Of a stretch of 64,000 bases of DNA, positions 30,514 through 39,891 are shown piece by piece. Both the position numbers and the translations under genes were made by a program. Under the pieces are notes generated by a model that had not been told where the DNA came from, did not search any database, and saw only the letters and a program-made list of their open reading frames with translations. Each line of letters opens with the position of its first letter. Within the stretch, counting starts at the first letter, position 1. The stretch is from Fidelibacterota bacterium (GTDB lineage Bacteria; Fidelibacterota; UBA8477; JABMPR01): contig JAERTJ010000086.1 of NCBI GenBank assembly GCA_016844945.1, positions 115,183-179,182 of the forward strand. The letters run 5' to 3'.

Positions 30514-31515
30514 TTACATACCCTTGAACAAATTGATCAGGTCAACAACGCGGTTGGAATAGCCCCATTCGTTGTCATACCAGTTCAGTGTCTTGACGAT
30601 ACGGTTTCCAACAACTCGAGTATATGATGCATCATAAATTGAGGAGTATGGATTTCCGATGATATCAGAGGAAACAAGGTGATTCTCGTTATACTCTAAG
30701 ACATTCTTCAGACGATCGGTTGCTGTGGCTTCGCGAACAGCGGCATTGATATCTTCAACACTGACATTGCGATTAACTTCAACAATCAAATCAACAACAG
30801 AACCATCAGCGACAGGTACACGAGCAGCGATACCATCCAGTTTTCCCTTGAGTTCAGGAAGAACTTTTCCAACGGCGCGGGCTGCACCTGTTGTGGTTGG
30901 AATGATGTTCTCTGCAGCAGCACGGCTACGACGCCAGTCTGAGTGAGGTACATCCGCCAGACGCTGGTCATTTGTATATGCATGTGTGGTTGTCATAACA
31001 CCTTCAACGATACCAAATGCATCATTGAGAACCTTGGCCATTGGAGCCAGACAGTTTGTTGTACAACTGGCGTTGGAAACAATACGATGTTCTGGTTTCA
31101 GACCATCCTCGTTTACACCAAGTACAACGGTGTAATCTACATCATCCTTAGAAGGAACGGTGAGAATCACACGTTTGGCGCCAGCATCTAAATGAGCAGT
31201 CAATGCTTCTTTAGTTCTGAAAACACCTGTTGCTTCAATAACAACATCGATGTCAAGGTCAGCCCAGGGTAAATCACCAGGGTTGCGTTCACTCAACATT
31301 TTAACAGTATCATTTGAGGTATGGAGAACATCACCTTCAAAACGAACGTTCTTATCTCCAAATCCACCCATGACAGTATCATATTTCAGTAGATAGCCAA
31401 GCGCTTCATGATCGAACAGATCATTGATAGCTACGACATTGATATCGTCACGTTTATCTAAAATACGGAATACGGAACGACCGATACGCCCGAATCCATT
31501 AATGGCTACTCTCAT
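30514..31515 (-). CDS. gap: Type I glyceraldehyde-3-phosphate dehydrogenase
   Basis: GFGRIGR, NASCTTNCLAP, THAYT, TTGAA, RVP, WYDNEWGYS all intact; GGAGG RBS. Confidence 0.95.
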   Translation of the reverse strand: MRVAINGFGRIGRSVFRILDKRDDINVVAINDLFDHEALGYLLKYDTVMGGFGDKNVRFEGDVLHTSNDTVKMLSERNPGDLPWADLDIDVVIEATGVFRTKEALTAHLDAGAKRVILTVPSKDDVDYTVVLGVNEDGLKPEHRIVSNASCTTNCLAPMAKVLNDAFGIVEGVMTTTHAYTNDQRLADVPHSDWRRSRAAAENIIPTTTGAARAVGKVLPELKGKLDGIAARVPVADGSVVDLIVEVNRNVSVEDINAAVREATATDRLKNVLEYNENHLVSSDIIGNPYSSIYDASYTRVVGNRIVKTLNWYDNEWGYSNRVVDLINLFKGM

Positions 31516-32531
31516 GCAGCACCTCCTTCCACCCCGAGCTTAGCATAAGCAAGGGCTAGATCTACCAATCTCCCGGCCTGGCCGAGACTATTATCATACC
31601 AGCTAAGGGTTTTAACCATGCGTTTGCTTGATTTCATCGTACCCTTGGTGTCAAAAAGTAGAGAATGTGCGTTTCCAATAACATCACTTGAAACGATTGG
31701 ATCTTCTGTTACTTCAATATATCCTGCTAATGCACCACCAGCAGCCTTGCGCATGGCTTCATTAACTTCTTCGATTGTGGAGTCACCTTTGGTAAGCACG
31801 CAGGTCAAATCGAGGAGTGATCCCATAGGAACAGGTACATTCAGGGCTGAACCTTCGATTTTGCCTTCAAAGCGAGGTAGGATCTGTTCCATCCAGTATG
31901 GACTGATATTGACATTTGGAATGATGTTTTCTGCGGCAGAACGACTACGTCTAAAATCTGCTGCGGCAGTATCACGTAGGGGTTGATCACTGGTATATGC
32001 ATGGATAGTGGTCATCATGGCGTGTTCCACACCAAAAGCCTTATCCAGTGTATCCAGCATCATGGCCAACGCGTTGGTCGTGGCAGATGCAGCGGAAACA
32101 ATTTTATCACTGGCTTCCATGGTGTCTTCATTGACACCCATGACAATCACGCGATCAATATTATCCTGTGGCAATGAACCAAGGATCACACGTTTTGCAC
32201 CAGAATTCAAGTGTGCCTGCAGGGCTTCACGTGTGCGATATTTGTGGGTTGAATCAATAACAACATCCACATCAAAAGCATCCCAGGGAACATCTTTTGG
32301 CTCAACACCATGTATCAGGCGAGCTTTCTGATCACCAACGACCAGGAAGTTTCCTTCCAGGCTGGCATCAACTGGATCTCGTCCATCTGTTTTTAGCAAG
32401 TAGTGCAGAATATCGGTGCGACCGATATCGCTAATTGCAACAACTTCCATTTCAGGCTGGTTAAGGCTTAAGCGGTAGACATCTCTACCAATCTCACCAA
32501 ATCCCATCAGCCCGATTCTAATCTTACTCAT
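31512..32531 (-). CDS. GAPDH-like protein lacking catalytic Cys (probable pseudo-enzyme)
   Basis: Full-length GAPDH homology but SAASATTNAL, GFGEIGR, NVNISP, NVP and WYDNSLGQ; GGAGG RBS before ATG 32531. Confidence 0.88.
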   Translation of the reverse strand: MSKIRIGLMGFGEIGRDVYRLSLNQPEMEVVAISDIGRTDILHYLLKTDGRDPVDASLEGNFLVVGDQKARLIHGVEPKDVPWDAFDVDVVIDSTHKYRTREALQAHLNSGAKRVILGSLPQDNIDRVIVMGVNEDTMEASDKIVSAASATTNALAMMLDTLDKAFGVEHAMMTTIHAYTSDQPLRDTAAADFRRSRSAAENIIPNVNISPYWMEQILPRFEGKIEGSALNVPVPMGSLLDLTCVLTKGDSTIEEVNEAMRKAAGGALAGYIEVTEDPIVSSDVIGNAHSLLFDTKGTMKSSKRMVKTLSWYDNSLGQAGRLVDLALAYAKLGVEGGAA

Positions 32532-32602
32532 AGAATGTGCCTCCATTTCGATCCCGTTTGTGGGGGGAACGATTGTTTAAAGGTTAGATAAATATTCAAA
32601 GG

Positions 32603-33436
32603 TCATTTCTTCTTAAAGTGAATAACAGCTTCATGATCTTCACTGAGAAGATCATCCAGATTATGGATTTCACCATGGAGCATTTCCGCGATGACAGCAC
32701 CTAAGTCAAGATCATAGCGCTGTCCAAATAGGGTTAAATCAAGAATTATATAATTTAGGGCGATAGCTACAATGGCAGAATTTCTGGTCCAGGCTACCTT
32801 GTTGGTGGGCATCATTTCAACACCGCCCAATAGTGCGGAATCATGATCAACAACCAATAAGATTTTACTACTCCAAACATCTTCAAGCCGTTGGCTATCC
32901 AGGTTGTAGGCAAACACTGTCCCAATATCAGTCGGTACATCGCAGAACGAGAATATGACAATATCAACACCGCGCTTCTCTGCGTCCATGAGATCGGTGT
33001 ACAATTTTTGGTACTCTGTCAGCCAGATGGATAGATAAATGGATTTGTCAGCATTTTTGATCATGTGCCTGGCGCGATCAATCATGCTGTCATATCCGCG
33101 GATATTCCAGAGATCACCAACTTCAAGGTCTGTATTCACATTTTTCAAGGAATCCTTGAGTGTGTCGAGGTTGGTGGTAAAGTTGGTTTCCAGAACGTTG
33201 AATAAATGATCTGGTGGTAGTGGTATATAGCGTGTTGGATTAGAGTCCACACAACTGACCATTCCTGTACTTTCCAGACGCTTCAGAATTTCATAAATTG
33301 CTGAACGAGGAATCCCTGATTTTCCACTGATTTCATATCCTGTAGCTGGATTATTTTGCAATAAGCTAAGGTAAGTTTTAGCCTCGTTGGATGTGAATCC
33401 GAATGATTTGAGAGCGGGGAGTAGCTTTTCGTTCAT
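32603..33436 (-). CDS. TrmB family transcriptional regulator
   Basis: FGFTSNEAKTYLSLL...ATGYEISGKSGIPRSAIYEILKRL wHTH plus C-terminal effector domain. Confidence 0.9.
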   Translation of the reverse strand: MNEKLLPALKSFGFTSNEAKTYLSLLQNNPATGYEISGKSGIPRSAIYEILKRLESTGMVSCVDSNPTRYIPLPPDHLFNVLETNFTTNLDTLKDSLKNVNTDLEVGDLWNIRGYDSMIDRARHMIKNADKSIYLSIWLTEYQKLYTDLMDAEKRGVDIVIFSFCDVPTDIGTVFAYNLDSQRLEDVWSSKILLVVDHDSALLGGVEMMPTNKVAWTRNSAIVAIALNYIILDLTLFGQRYDLDLGAVIAEMLHGEIHNLDDLLSEDHEAVIHFKKK

Positions 33437-33455
33437 TAGCGTGTCTCATTCCTTA

Positions 33456-33479
33456 GTTACGTCCTAATATATTCGTAAC
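33456..33479. promoter_or_regulatory. Putative TrmB operator overlapping -10
   Basis: GTTACG-N12-CGTAAC inverted repeat enclosing minus-strand TATATT. Confidence 0.5.
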
Positions 33480-33584
33480 ATAAGGCAGGCATAGTATTTT
33501 TTAACCGGTTAAAAAAATTCTTCAAATGCAGCAGCCAATTCCTTTTCCTTTCATAGCTGTAGGGCTTGCAATACATTTCTTGCC

Positions 33585-35858
33585 ATGAAAAAATTGATCT
33601 ACCTTATCACCCACTTCCCCAAGACAATAATATTACTTAATCTGCTCGTTATTGCTCTATTAGCCCTACCCATATATAGGATAAACATTAATCCAGATTT
33701 ACAGGCTCTCATTCCTGCTGATGACCCGGATGTCATACGCATGGAGGAATTGGAAGAAGAATTCGGTGGATTAGATGTTATCCTCATCAGCTTTCATACT
33801 GAGGATGTCTTTGCCCCGGAAGCTCTAAAGGTGATCGATGACCTGACCTATGAGTTGGAGGGATTGCCCCACCTGGATCAAGTCATAAGCCTGACCAACT
33901 ATGAAGCTACGCTCAGTGATGAAGAGTCCATGACTGTGGATACCTTCATCCAGGAGTTTCCTCAGACTCAGGCAGAGAGTGATTCAATTGCAGTAGCAGC
34001 AAATTCAGATCCCATGTTAGGTCGGTTACTGGTATCAGCAAATAGGACCTATACGGCTCTTATGATCTTTAGTGATGTGGATGCAGACGAAGTATCCACT
34101 GTTGATACCTTGCATGCAATTCTACGCCCCTATCAGGAGCAGGGGTATGATTTGAAGCTGGGTGGCATGCCTGTCATCAGGTCTCAGATCTCTGAAGATA
34201 TAGGACACGATACAACCACATTTATCCCGGCTGGAATGGTTCTCATCGCTTTGTTGCTCTACTTTAGTTTCCGCTCTCGCCGTGGCGTAATATTACCGCT
34301 CCTGGTGGTTCTGCTATCCATTTTAGGGACTTTAGGTCTTATGGCATGGATGGGGCTCATGTTATCAGTCATCTCCAGTATCATGCCGATCATGCTAATC
34401 GCTGTGGCCAGTGCCTATGGTATACACATTATCACCCGCTACTTTGAAGATTGTGCCAGCATGGATGAATCCGCAGATAGTAAGGCAGTGGTAGCCAGTG
34501 TAATCGAACATATGCTGCGTCCCCTTTTCCTGGCTGGATTAACTACGGTTATTGGTTTCATGTCATTGCTTTCCCACATTTTACCCGCATCCAGAGAAGT
34601 CGGGGTACTCACTGCCTTTGGTGTAGCATTGGCGTTTGGGTTATCTATCACATTTATTCCTGCTGTGCTCGTCCTTTCTCATAAACCCAGCCTTATCCGA
34701 CAGAGTAAAAACACAACCAATAGATTACTTTCTAGAATTCTCGTCTGGGTTGGGCGTCTGGTGTTCAACAGAAGAGGGGTCATCATTGTCGGTTTTGTGG
34801 TGCTCACCATTGTATCTGCTATCGGTATTCCTTCCGTGGAGCTGGATAGCAATCCCCTTAATTACTATGGACCAGAATCCTCTGTCCGAGTTATTAACAA
34901 CATCATTGACGAGCATTTTGGTGGTAGTACGACTATGTCAATTGTTCTGGAAGGTGATATCAAATCACCAGAAGTTCTTAATCAAATTGATCAGATCCAA
35001 AATTTTCTTGAAGGACGTGAGGGTGTTGGCTATACACTGGCGATCACAGATTTTATCAAACTAATGAACCAGTCCATGAATGGTGGGGATCCAGATTATT
35101 ACACCATACCTGACACCCGTGAGCTGGTCTCACAATATCTCCTACTCTATTCCTGGGAGTCCAGTGATGGTTATCTGGATACCTATGTGGATTATGATTA
35201 CCGGAATGCTCAAGTTGTGGTTCGATTGAATACCATGGATGTTTATTACATGGTAGATCTACAGAAAGAGTTGGATAACTACCTCGATGAAAATATCCAT
35301 GTGGACAATCAGCCTAAAAGTGAAGGCTATGCCGTCCTGTTAGGAAATTTGATGCCAATGATGGTCAAAGGTCAAATTCGGAGTCTGGTACTATCGGTCT
35401 TTCTGGCTGCTCTGGTCACAGGTCTTGTTTTTAGATCTTTTTCTGCGGCGCTAATCAGCGCAATGCCTCTTGCTTTCGCTATCGCCGGGGTATTTGGTTT
35501 AATGGGATACATGTCTATTTATTTGAATACAGCCACCTCAATGCTCAGTTCCATCATGATTGGAATTGGTATCGATTATACCCTTCACTTCCTGTTCAGA
35601 TTCAGGACTGAAATTCGCAGGGGGTTATGCGATGAGGAAGCCATCGTAACAACCCTGAGCACCACGGGACAGGGTATCATCATTAATGGTTTCTCCGTTA
35701 TCGTAGGATTTGCTGTGTGCATGTTATCCACGTTTATTCCGATCTACTTTTTTGGTTGGCTGATTGCCGTATCCATATTTATGTGTTTGATTGCTGCATT
35801 GACGCTGCTCCCCCTCGTCATTGTCCTCACCCGCCCCAAATTCATTTATAATAGATAG
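33585..35858 (+). CDS. MMPL/RND family transporter
   Basis: Two repeats of TM plus periplasmic loop; AGLTTVIGF, GIGIDYTLH. Confidence 0.9.
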   Translation: MKKLIYLITHFPKTIILLNLLVIALLALPIYRININPDLQALIPADDPDVIRMEELEEEFGGLDVILISFHTEDVFAPEALKVIDDLTYELEGLPHLDQVISLTNYEATLSDEESMTVDTFIQEFPQTQAESDSIAVAANSDPMLGRLLVSANRTYTALMIFSDVDADEVSTVDTLHAILRPYQEQGYDLKLGGMPVIRSQISEDIGHDTTTFIPAGMVLIALLLYFSFRSRRGVILPLLVVLLSILGTLGLMAWMGLMLSVISSIMPIMLIAVASAYGIHIITRYFEDCASMDESADSKAVVASVIEHMLRPLFLAGLTTVIGFMSLLSHILPASREVGVLTAFGVALAFGLSITFIPAVLVLSHKPSLIRQSKNTTNRLLSRILVWVGRLVFNRRGVIIVGFVVLTIVSAIGIPSVELDSNPLNYYGPESSVRVINNIIDEHFGGSTTMSIVLEGDIKSPEVLNQIDQIQNFLEGREGVGYTLAITDFIKLMNQSMNGGDPDYYTIPDTRELVSQYLLLYSWESSDGYLDTYVDYDYRNAQVVVRLNTMDVYYMVDLQKELDNYLDENIHVDNQPKSEGYAVLLGNLMPMMVKGQIRSLVLSVFLAALVTGLVFRSFSAALISAMPLAFAIAGVFGLMGYMSIYLNTATSMLSSIMIGIGIDYTLHFLFRFRTEIRRGLCDEEAIVTTLSTTGQGIIINGFSVIVGFAVCMLSTFIPIYFFGWLIAVSIFMCLIAALTLLPLVIVLTRPKFIYNR

Positions 35859-35888
35859 AATTCTTTAGCTACAGGCTGGAGTAACCTA

Positions 35889-35921
35889 AACCTTGCGCAG
35901 GATTGAAACCTTCTCAAGGCT
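35889..35921. repeat. Degenerate copy of the 25137 nested palindrome
   Basis: AACCTTGCGCAGGATTGAAACCTTCTCAAGGCT, 26/33 identical. Confidence 0.6.
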
Positions 35922-36012
35922 TCACCACAAGATGTTTGGCATGGAGGCTAAGCCTTCCTGCTGTACCTAACCTGGCCAGTGTAGGTGAATCGAAGCCTAT
36001 GATCCGGTATTT

Positions 36013-36037
36013 GGACATTTCGATGAACTCGATGTTC
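36013..36037 (-). repeat. REP-like element
   Basis: Reverse complement GAACATCGAGTTCATCGAAATGTCC is 21/25 identical to 53805-53829. Confidence 0.6.
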
Positions 36038-36103
36038 GGGGGAGAATGAACCAAGCATTGGTTGAGGTTCCTCGAAATCAAAAACTGGCTGGCAAAGTTT
36101 TTC

Positions 36104-36161
36104 TTGATTGGGGGAGTAAATTTTCCTAGATTGGAAACGTATGAAACAGAAAACGTTTCCA
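36104..36161 (+). promoter_or_regulatory. tetR promoter and operator
   Basis: TTGATT-N17-TAGATT ending 8 nt before ATG; TGGAAACGT-N12-ACGTTTCCA inverted repeat spanning the start codon. Confidence 0.65.
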
Positions 36162-36770
36162 TCGACCCCTGACACAACTACCCCTGAAGGTCCTATTCTG
36201 GAGCACGGTCTTGATATGATATTCCGGGAAGGAGTTCGCGGTTTTACTGTGGAATCTCTCGCCAAAGATCTTGCCATGAGCAAGAAGACAATCTACAAAT
36301 TCTTTCCCACCAAAGAGATTCTCATACAAACCATTTTTCAATACATCACTACTGTCATTGCCAAAAAATTTCAAAAGATCCATAAACTGGAAATCAACCC
36401 ATTGGATAAATTTGACACGGCGATCAATGAAATCGTGAAGACATTGAACCGTGTATCCATAGCCAAAATCAGCGAGCTTAAGGTGAGATATCCGCAGGTC
36501 TGGAGAGAAATAGAAGCCTTTAGACTTGCCCGGAGAGATGATTTTCTAACCATTTTCAAAGAAGCTCAACGACAGGGATATGTCCGGGATGAAATAGATC
36601 TTGAACTTACTTCCCTCATCTTTATGCAGATCATAAATGATGTTTTCCAACCTGAATTTTTTATACAACATCAGATTGGACTCAAAGAAACCCTGCTGGC
36701 CTATAAAAATATTTTTTTACGGGGGATCATCACTGAAAAGGGTCTAAAACACATAGAGGATAAAATATGA
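36141..36770 (+). CDS. TetR/AcrR family regulator
   Basis: FTVESLAKDLAMSKKTIYKFFPTKE HTH. Confidence 0.92.
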   Translation: MKQKTFPSTPDTTTPEGPILEHGLDMIFREGVRGFTVESLAKDLAMSKKTIYKFFPTKEILIQTIFQYITTVIAKKFQKIHKLEINPLDKFDTAINEIVKTLNRVSIAKISELKVRYPQVWREIEAFRLARRDDFLTIFKEAQRQGYVRDEIDLELTSLIFMQIINDVFQPEFFIQHQIGLKETLLAYKNIFLRGIITEKGLKHIEDKI

Positions 36771-39067
36771 AACAGTGGTTTATCAATCAGTCTGTAGAAA
36801 ACCCAAAAAGAAGTATACTTCTTACCGTTCTTATCACCCTGTTAATGGGTACAGGGCTCATGCATTTCACTGTAGAAGATGATTTCATGAAGATGCTGCC
36901 CCAGGATATCCCTTCCATGGTCACACTAAATGAGTTGAAGGATGAGTTTGGCAGCACAGACCTCATGTTTCTGGGCTTTGGAATTCGTGGCGACGACGTC
37001 TTGACTTCCAAGAATCTGGCTACCCTCTGGGATGTGGCATACGAATTGGAGGAGATCGAATATGTGGATGAGATCATGTGCATCTCTACCACTGATAAGA
37101 TGGAAAGTGTGGATGGATTTCTGGAGGTGATGCCCCTTCAGGAATACCGTGATCTCTCAGCGGAGGAGGTTGCAGCGCTCAGGACTTATCTTGATGAAAA
37201 CTCAAAAATTAAAACACGGAACATCGGTGAGAAGGGTGACTACTTCAATGTGATTATTCGACCTAATATTGGTGCGAAAAATGATGTATTGGTGAGTGAG
37301 ATGGAGGCCATTGCAGATAAATACCTGAGCGACTATGATGTCCATTGGGGTGGGCAGGCATATCTTACTGGGGCTCTACCCGTCATGATACGGAATGATG
37401 TCATGGGTCTCATGCGGGTCGGTTTAATCGGTATGTTACTGATCCTTCTGTTCAGTTTCAGGAATGTACCGGCTGTCCTGGGTGTGCTGGCAACCATTAT
37501 CCTTTCACTTGTGTTTATGCTGGGTTTCAATGGCTGGATGATGAAACTTACCGGGTCTGATAAATTTATGTTCGGCATCCTGAATACCTCCATGCCCATC
37601 ATCCTCTTGACTATAGCTAACTCTTACGGGGTTCATGTTGTCACTAAATTCTTCAGGAAGATGCGGACCAACAAGGATTCCCGGGCAGCCGTAAGAGACA
37701 CACTCAGCTCCCTGATTCTGCCAATCTACCTCACTGCGCTCACAACTGTGGCTGCTTTTCTGTGTATGGTCTTTGCACCTCTGGAACCGCTTTTTGGCTA
37801 CGGTTTTGTTATCTCATCGGGAATTTTGTGGGCCTGGATACTCTCTACCATGTTCCTCCCCTCTATTCTGGTACTGAAAAAGTGGAAACCAGATTCAGCT
37901 GCTGTCTCACACCCAAGTCATTTCGAAAGATTCGTCATCGTTTTTGGTGAACAGGTCATCAAACGCCCCAAGACCGTCCTTATAGGCGGTGCCATTGTGA
38001 TCATGATTGGTATTCTTGGAATATTCAAGCTCAACATTGAAGTAAACATGAAAGCCTTCTTCAAACCGGAAAACCCCATTCGTCAAAGTCTTGAGTTTAT
38101 GGATAATGAGATGACTGGTACCATGGATCTTCAGCTGCTTATCAATGCTGATCTCAAATCCCCAGAGACACTCACGAGGATGGCTAGTATTCAGGAATTC
38201 ATGGAAGCTCATGAATCGGTGACTCTGTCTATCTCAATCGCAGATGTGATCAAGCAGATGCATCGTATGGTCAATGATGATGATCCAGCCTTTGAAACCA
38301 TTCCAGATACACGGGATAAAGTGAATAACCTGTTCACAATGTACTCCATGTCTGGTGATCCTGAGGATTTCAGTTCCCTGGTCGACTATGATTATGAGAA
38401 GGGTCTAGCGACCTCTATGATGAGATCCATATCAACATCCGAAATTGTCGTACTGGTTGAGGAGATTGAAGCATTTCTCCAGCAAGACGATTACAAGGAT
38501 CTGAATATCACCATCACTGGTCTACTTATTGTCTTCAGGGATCTGGTTGCACTGATCATCCAGAGCTCTTTTATCAGCATTCTCGCTTCCATTCTGATAA
38601 TTGCCCTTATTGCTGGTTACTTCTTCAAACATTGGCTCTGGGGTTTGCTAGCCGTTGTGCCTCTCAGCTCAGCCGTAATTCTGAACTTTGGACTCATGGG
38701 TATATTTGGCGTAGATTTAAATCATGTTACTGCCCTCCTGTCAGCCATAATCATCGGTGTCGGTGTAGATTTCGCCATCCATTATATTAGTCAGTTCAGA
38801 ACCCACCTGAATCGTCACGGACTGGATGGTAAGTTAAGCACAGAGACAATGCGTGATGTAGGATTCCCTGTAATTCTGGATGCTGCATCCAACATGGCTT
38901 TTGGTGCGCTGCTATTCTCAGTGTTTATCCCCATGATACATATGGGTGGATTAATGGTGTTCGCCATGGTCTCGACTTCGACTGCGACCCTCACATTGTT
39001 GGCGATTTTGTTGGAACTGAATAAAAAACGTCTGGCCCGTATTGAAGGTATTATGGTCCCTGAATAA
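36767..39067 (+). CDS. MMPL/RND family transporter
   Basis: Same architecture as 33585; TALTTVAAF, GVGVDFAIH; ATGA overlap with tetR. Confidence 0.9.
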   Translation: MKQWFINQSVENPKRSILLTVLITLLMGTGLMHFTVEDDFMKMLPQDIPSMVTLNELKDEFGSTDLMFLGFGIRGDDVLTSKNLATLWDVAYELEEIEYVDEIMCISTTDKMESVDGFLEVMPLQEYRDLSAEEVAALRTYLDENSKIKTRNIGEKGDYFNVIIRPNIGAKNDVLVSEMEAIADKYLSDYDVHWGGQAYLTGALPVMIRNDVMGLMRVGLIGMLLILLFSFRNVPAVLGVLATIILSLVFMLGFNGWMMKLTGSDKFMFGILNTSMPIILLTIANSYGVHVVTKFFRKMRTNKDSRAAVRDTLSSLILPIYLTALTTVAAFLCMVFAPLEPLFGYGFVISSGILWAWILSTMFLPSILVLKKWKPDSAAVSHPSHFERFVIVFGEQVIKRPKTVLIGGAIVIMIGILGIFKLNIEVNMKAFFKPENPIRQSLEFMDNEMTGTMDLQLLINADLKSPETLTRMASIQEFMEAHESVTLSISIADVIKQMHRMVNDDDPAFETIPDTRDKVNNLFTMYSMSGDPEDFSSLVDYDYEKGLATSMMRSISTSEIVVLVEEIEAFLQQDDYKDLNITITGLLIVFRDLVALIIQSSFISILASILIIALIAGYFFKHWLWGLLAVVPLSSAVILNFGLMGIFGVDLNHVTALLSAIIIGVGVDFAIHYISQFRTHLNRHGLDGKLSTETMRDVGFPVILDAASNMAFGALLFSVFIPMIHMGGLMVFAMVSTSTATLTLLAILLELNKKRLARIEGIMVPE

Positions 39068-39094
39068 ATAATTAATCAACAGAAGGATTATGAT

Positions 39095-39859
39095 ATGAAA
39101 TTAACAACAAGAACACTCCTGTATGGGCTGTTATTCATTCTCCCATTGAGCATTTTTGCTGAAACAGGCTATGAGCTAGCCAAAGCCATGGAAGATAAAG
39201 CTGCACCAAAAGATATGAAATCCAACATGACCATGGTGCTGACGAACAAGAAAGGAAAAACCAGGGAATCGACCATTCGATCCATTTCTGCAGATGATAA
39301 CCGGAAACAGATTATCTGGTTTCTGGCTCCAGCAGATGATAAAGGTGTCGCTTTTCTAAAGATTGAGCACCTGGATAAGGATGATGAGATGCGACTCTGG
39401 CTCCCGGCCTTCAAGAAAGTTCGCCGCATATCTTCAAAGAAAAAGGCTGATTCGTTTATGGGCTCAGATCTGAGCTATGAGGATATGACATCGAGAGAAC
39501 TGGATGAATACACCTATGAAATCCTGGGCGAGAAAACCATCGATGGTGTAGCCTGTCACATTCTGCAGAGCACACCTAAGCCTGGTGTAACTAGAACCTA
39601 TAAACGCTTTGTTACCTATGTTAGCAAGGCGGATCTGGTTGCCATTCTGGATGAAGCTTATGATACACGTGACAAACTGTTAAAGCGACGCGTCATGAAA
39701 TACCAAAAGAGTAAATCTTATGATCTTCCCACCGAAATCTATGTGGAAAACGTACAGAAGAAGACCAACACAAGACTGACTTTCAGTAGTCAAGAAGTAG
39801 ACACGGGTGTAAAAGCAGATCTCTTCCAGGAAAAGAACCTAAAACGAATGCCCAAATAA
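39095..39859 (+). CDS. Outer-membrane lipoprotein-sorting (LolA-like) protein
   Basis: FLAPADDKGVAFL, WLPAFKKVRRI, SFMGSDLSYED. Confidence 0.88.
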   Translation: MKLTTRTLLYGLLFILPLSIFAETGYELAKAMEDKAAPKDMKSNMTMVLTNKKGKTRESTIRSISADDNRKQIIWFLAPADDKGVAFLKIEHLDKDDEMRLWLPAFKKVRRISSKKKADSFMGSDLSYEDMTSRELDEYTYEILGEKTIDGVACHILQSTPKPGVTRTYKRFVTYVSKADLVAILDEAYDTRDKLLKRRVMKYQKSKSYDLPTEIYVENVQKKTNTRLTFSSQEVDTGVKADLFQEKNLKRMPK

Positions 39860-39891
39860 GTCAGATGTATCTAGTGGAAAAGGATTTCAGC

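Noticed and set aside
32070-32084. Selenocysteine, sequencing error or pseudogene explanation for the Cys-less GAPDH
   Set aside because: Codons are Ala (GCC, GCG), not TGA; several other active-site residues also changed; frame and RBS are intact
35914-36383. Minus-strand ORFs in the mmpL-tetR gap
   Set aside because: They run through REP-like DNA and antisense to tetR; no coding features
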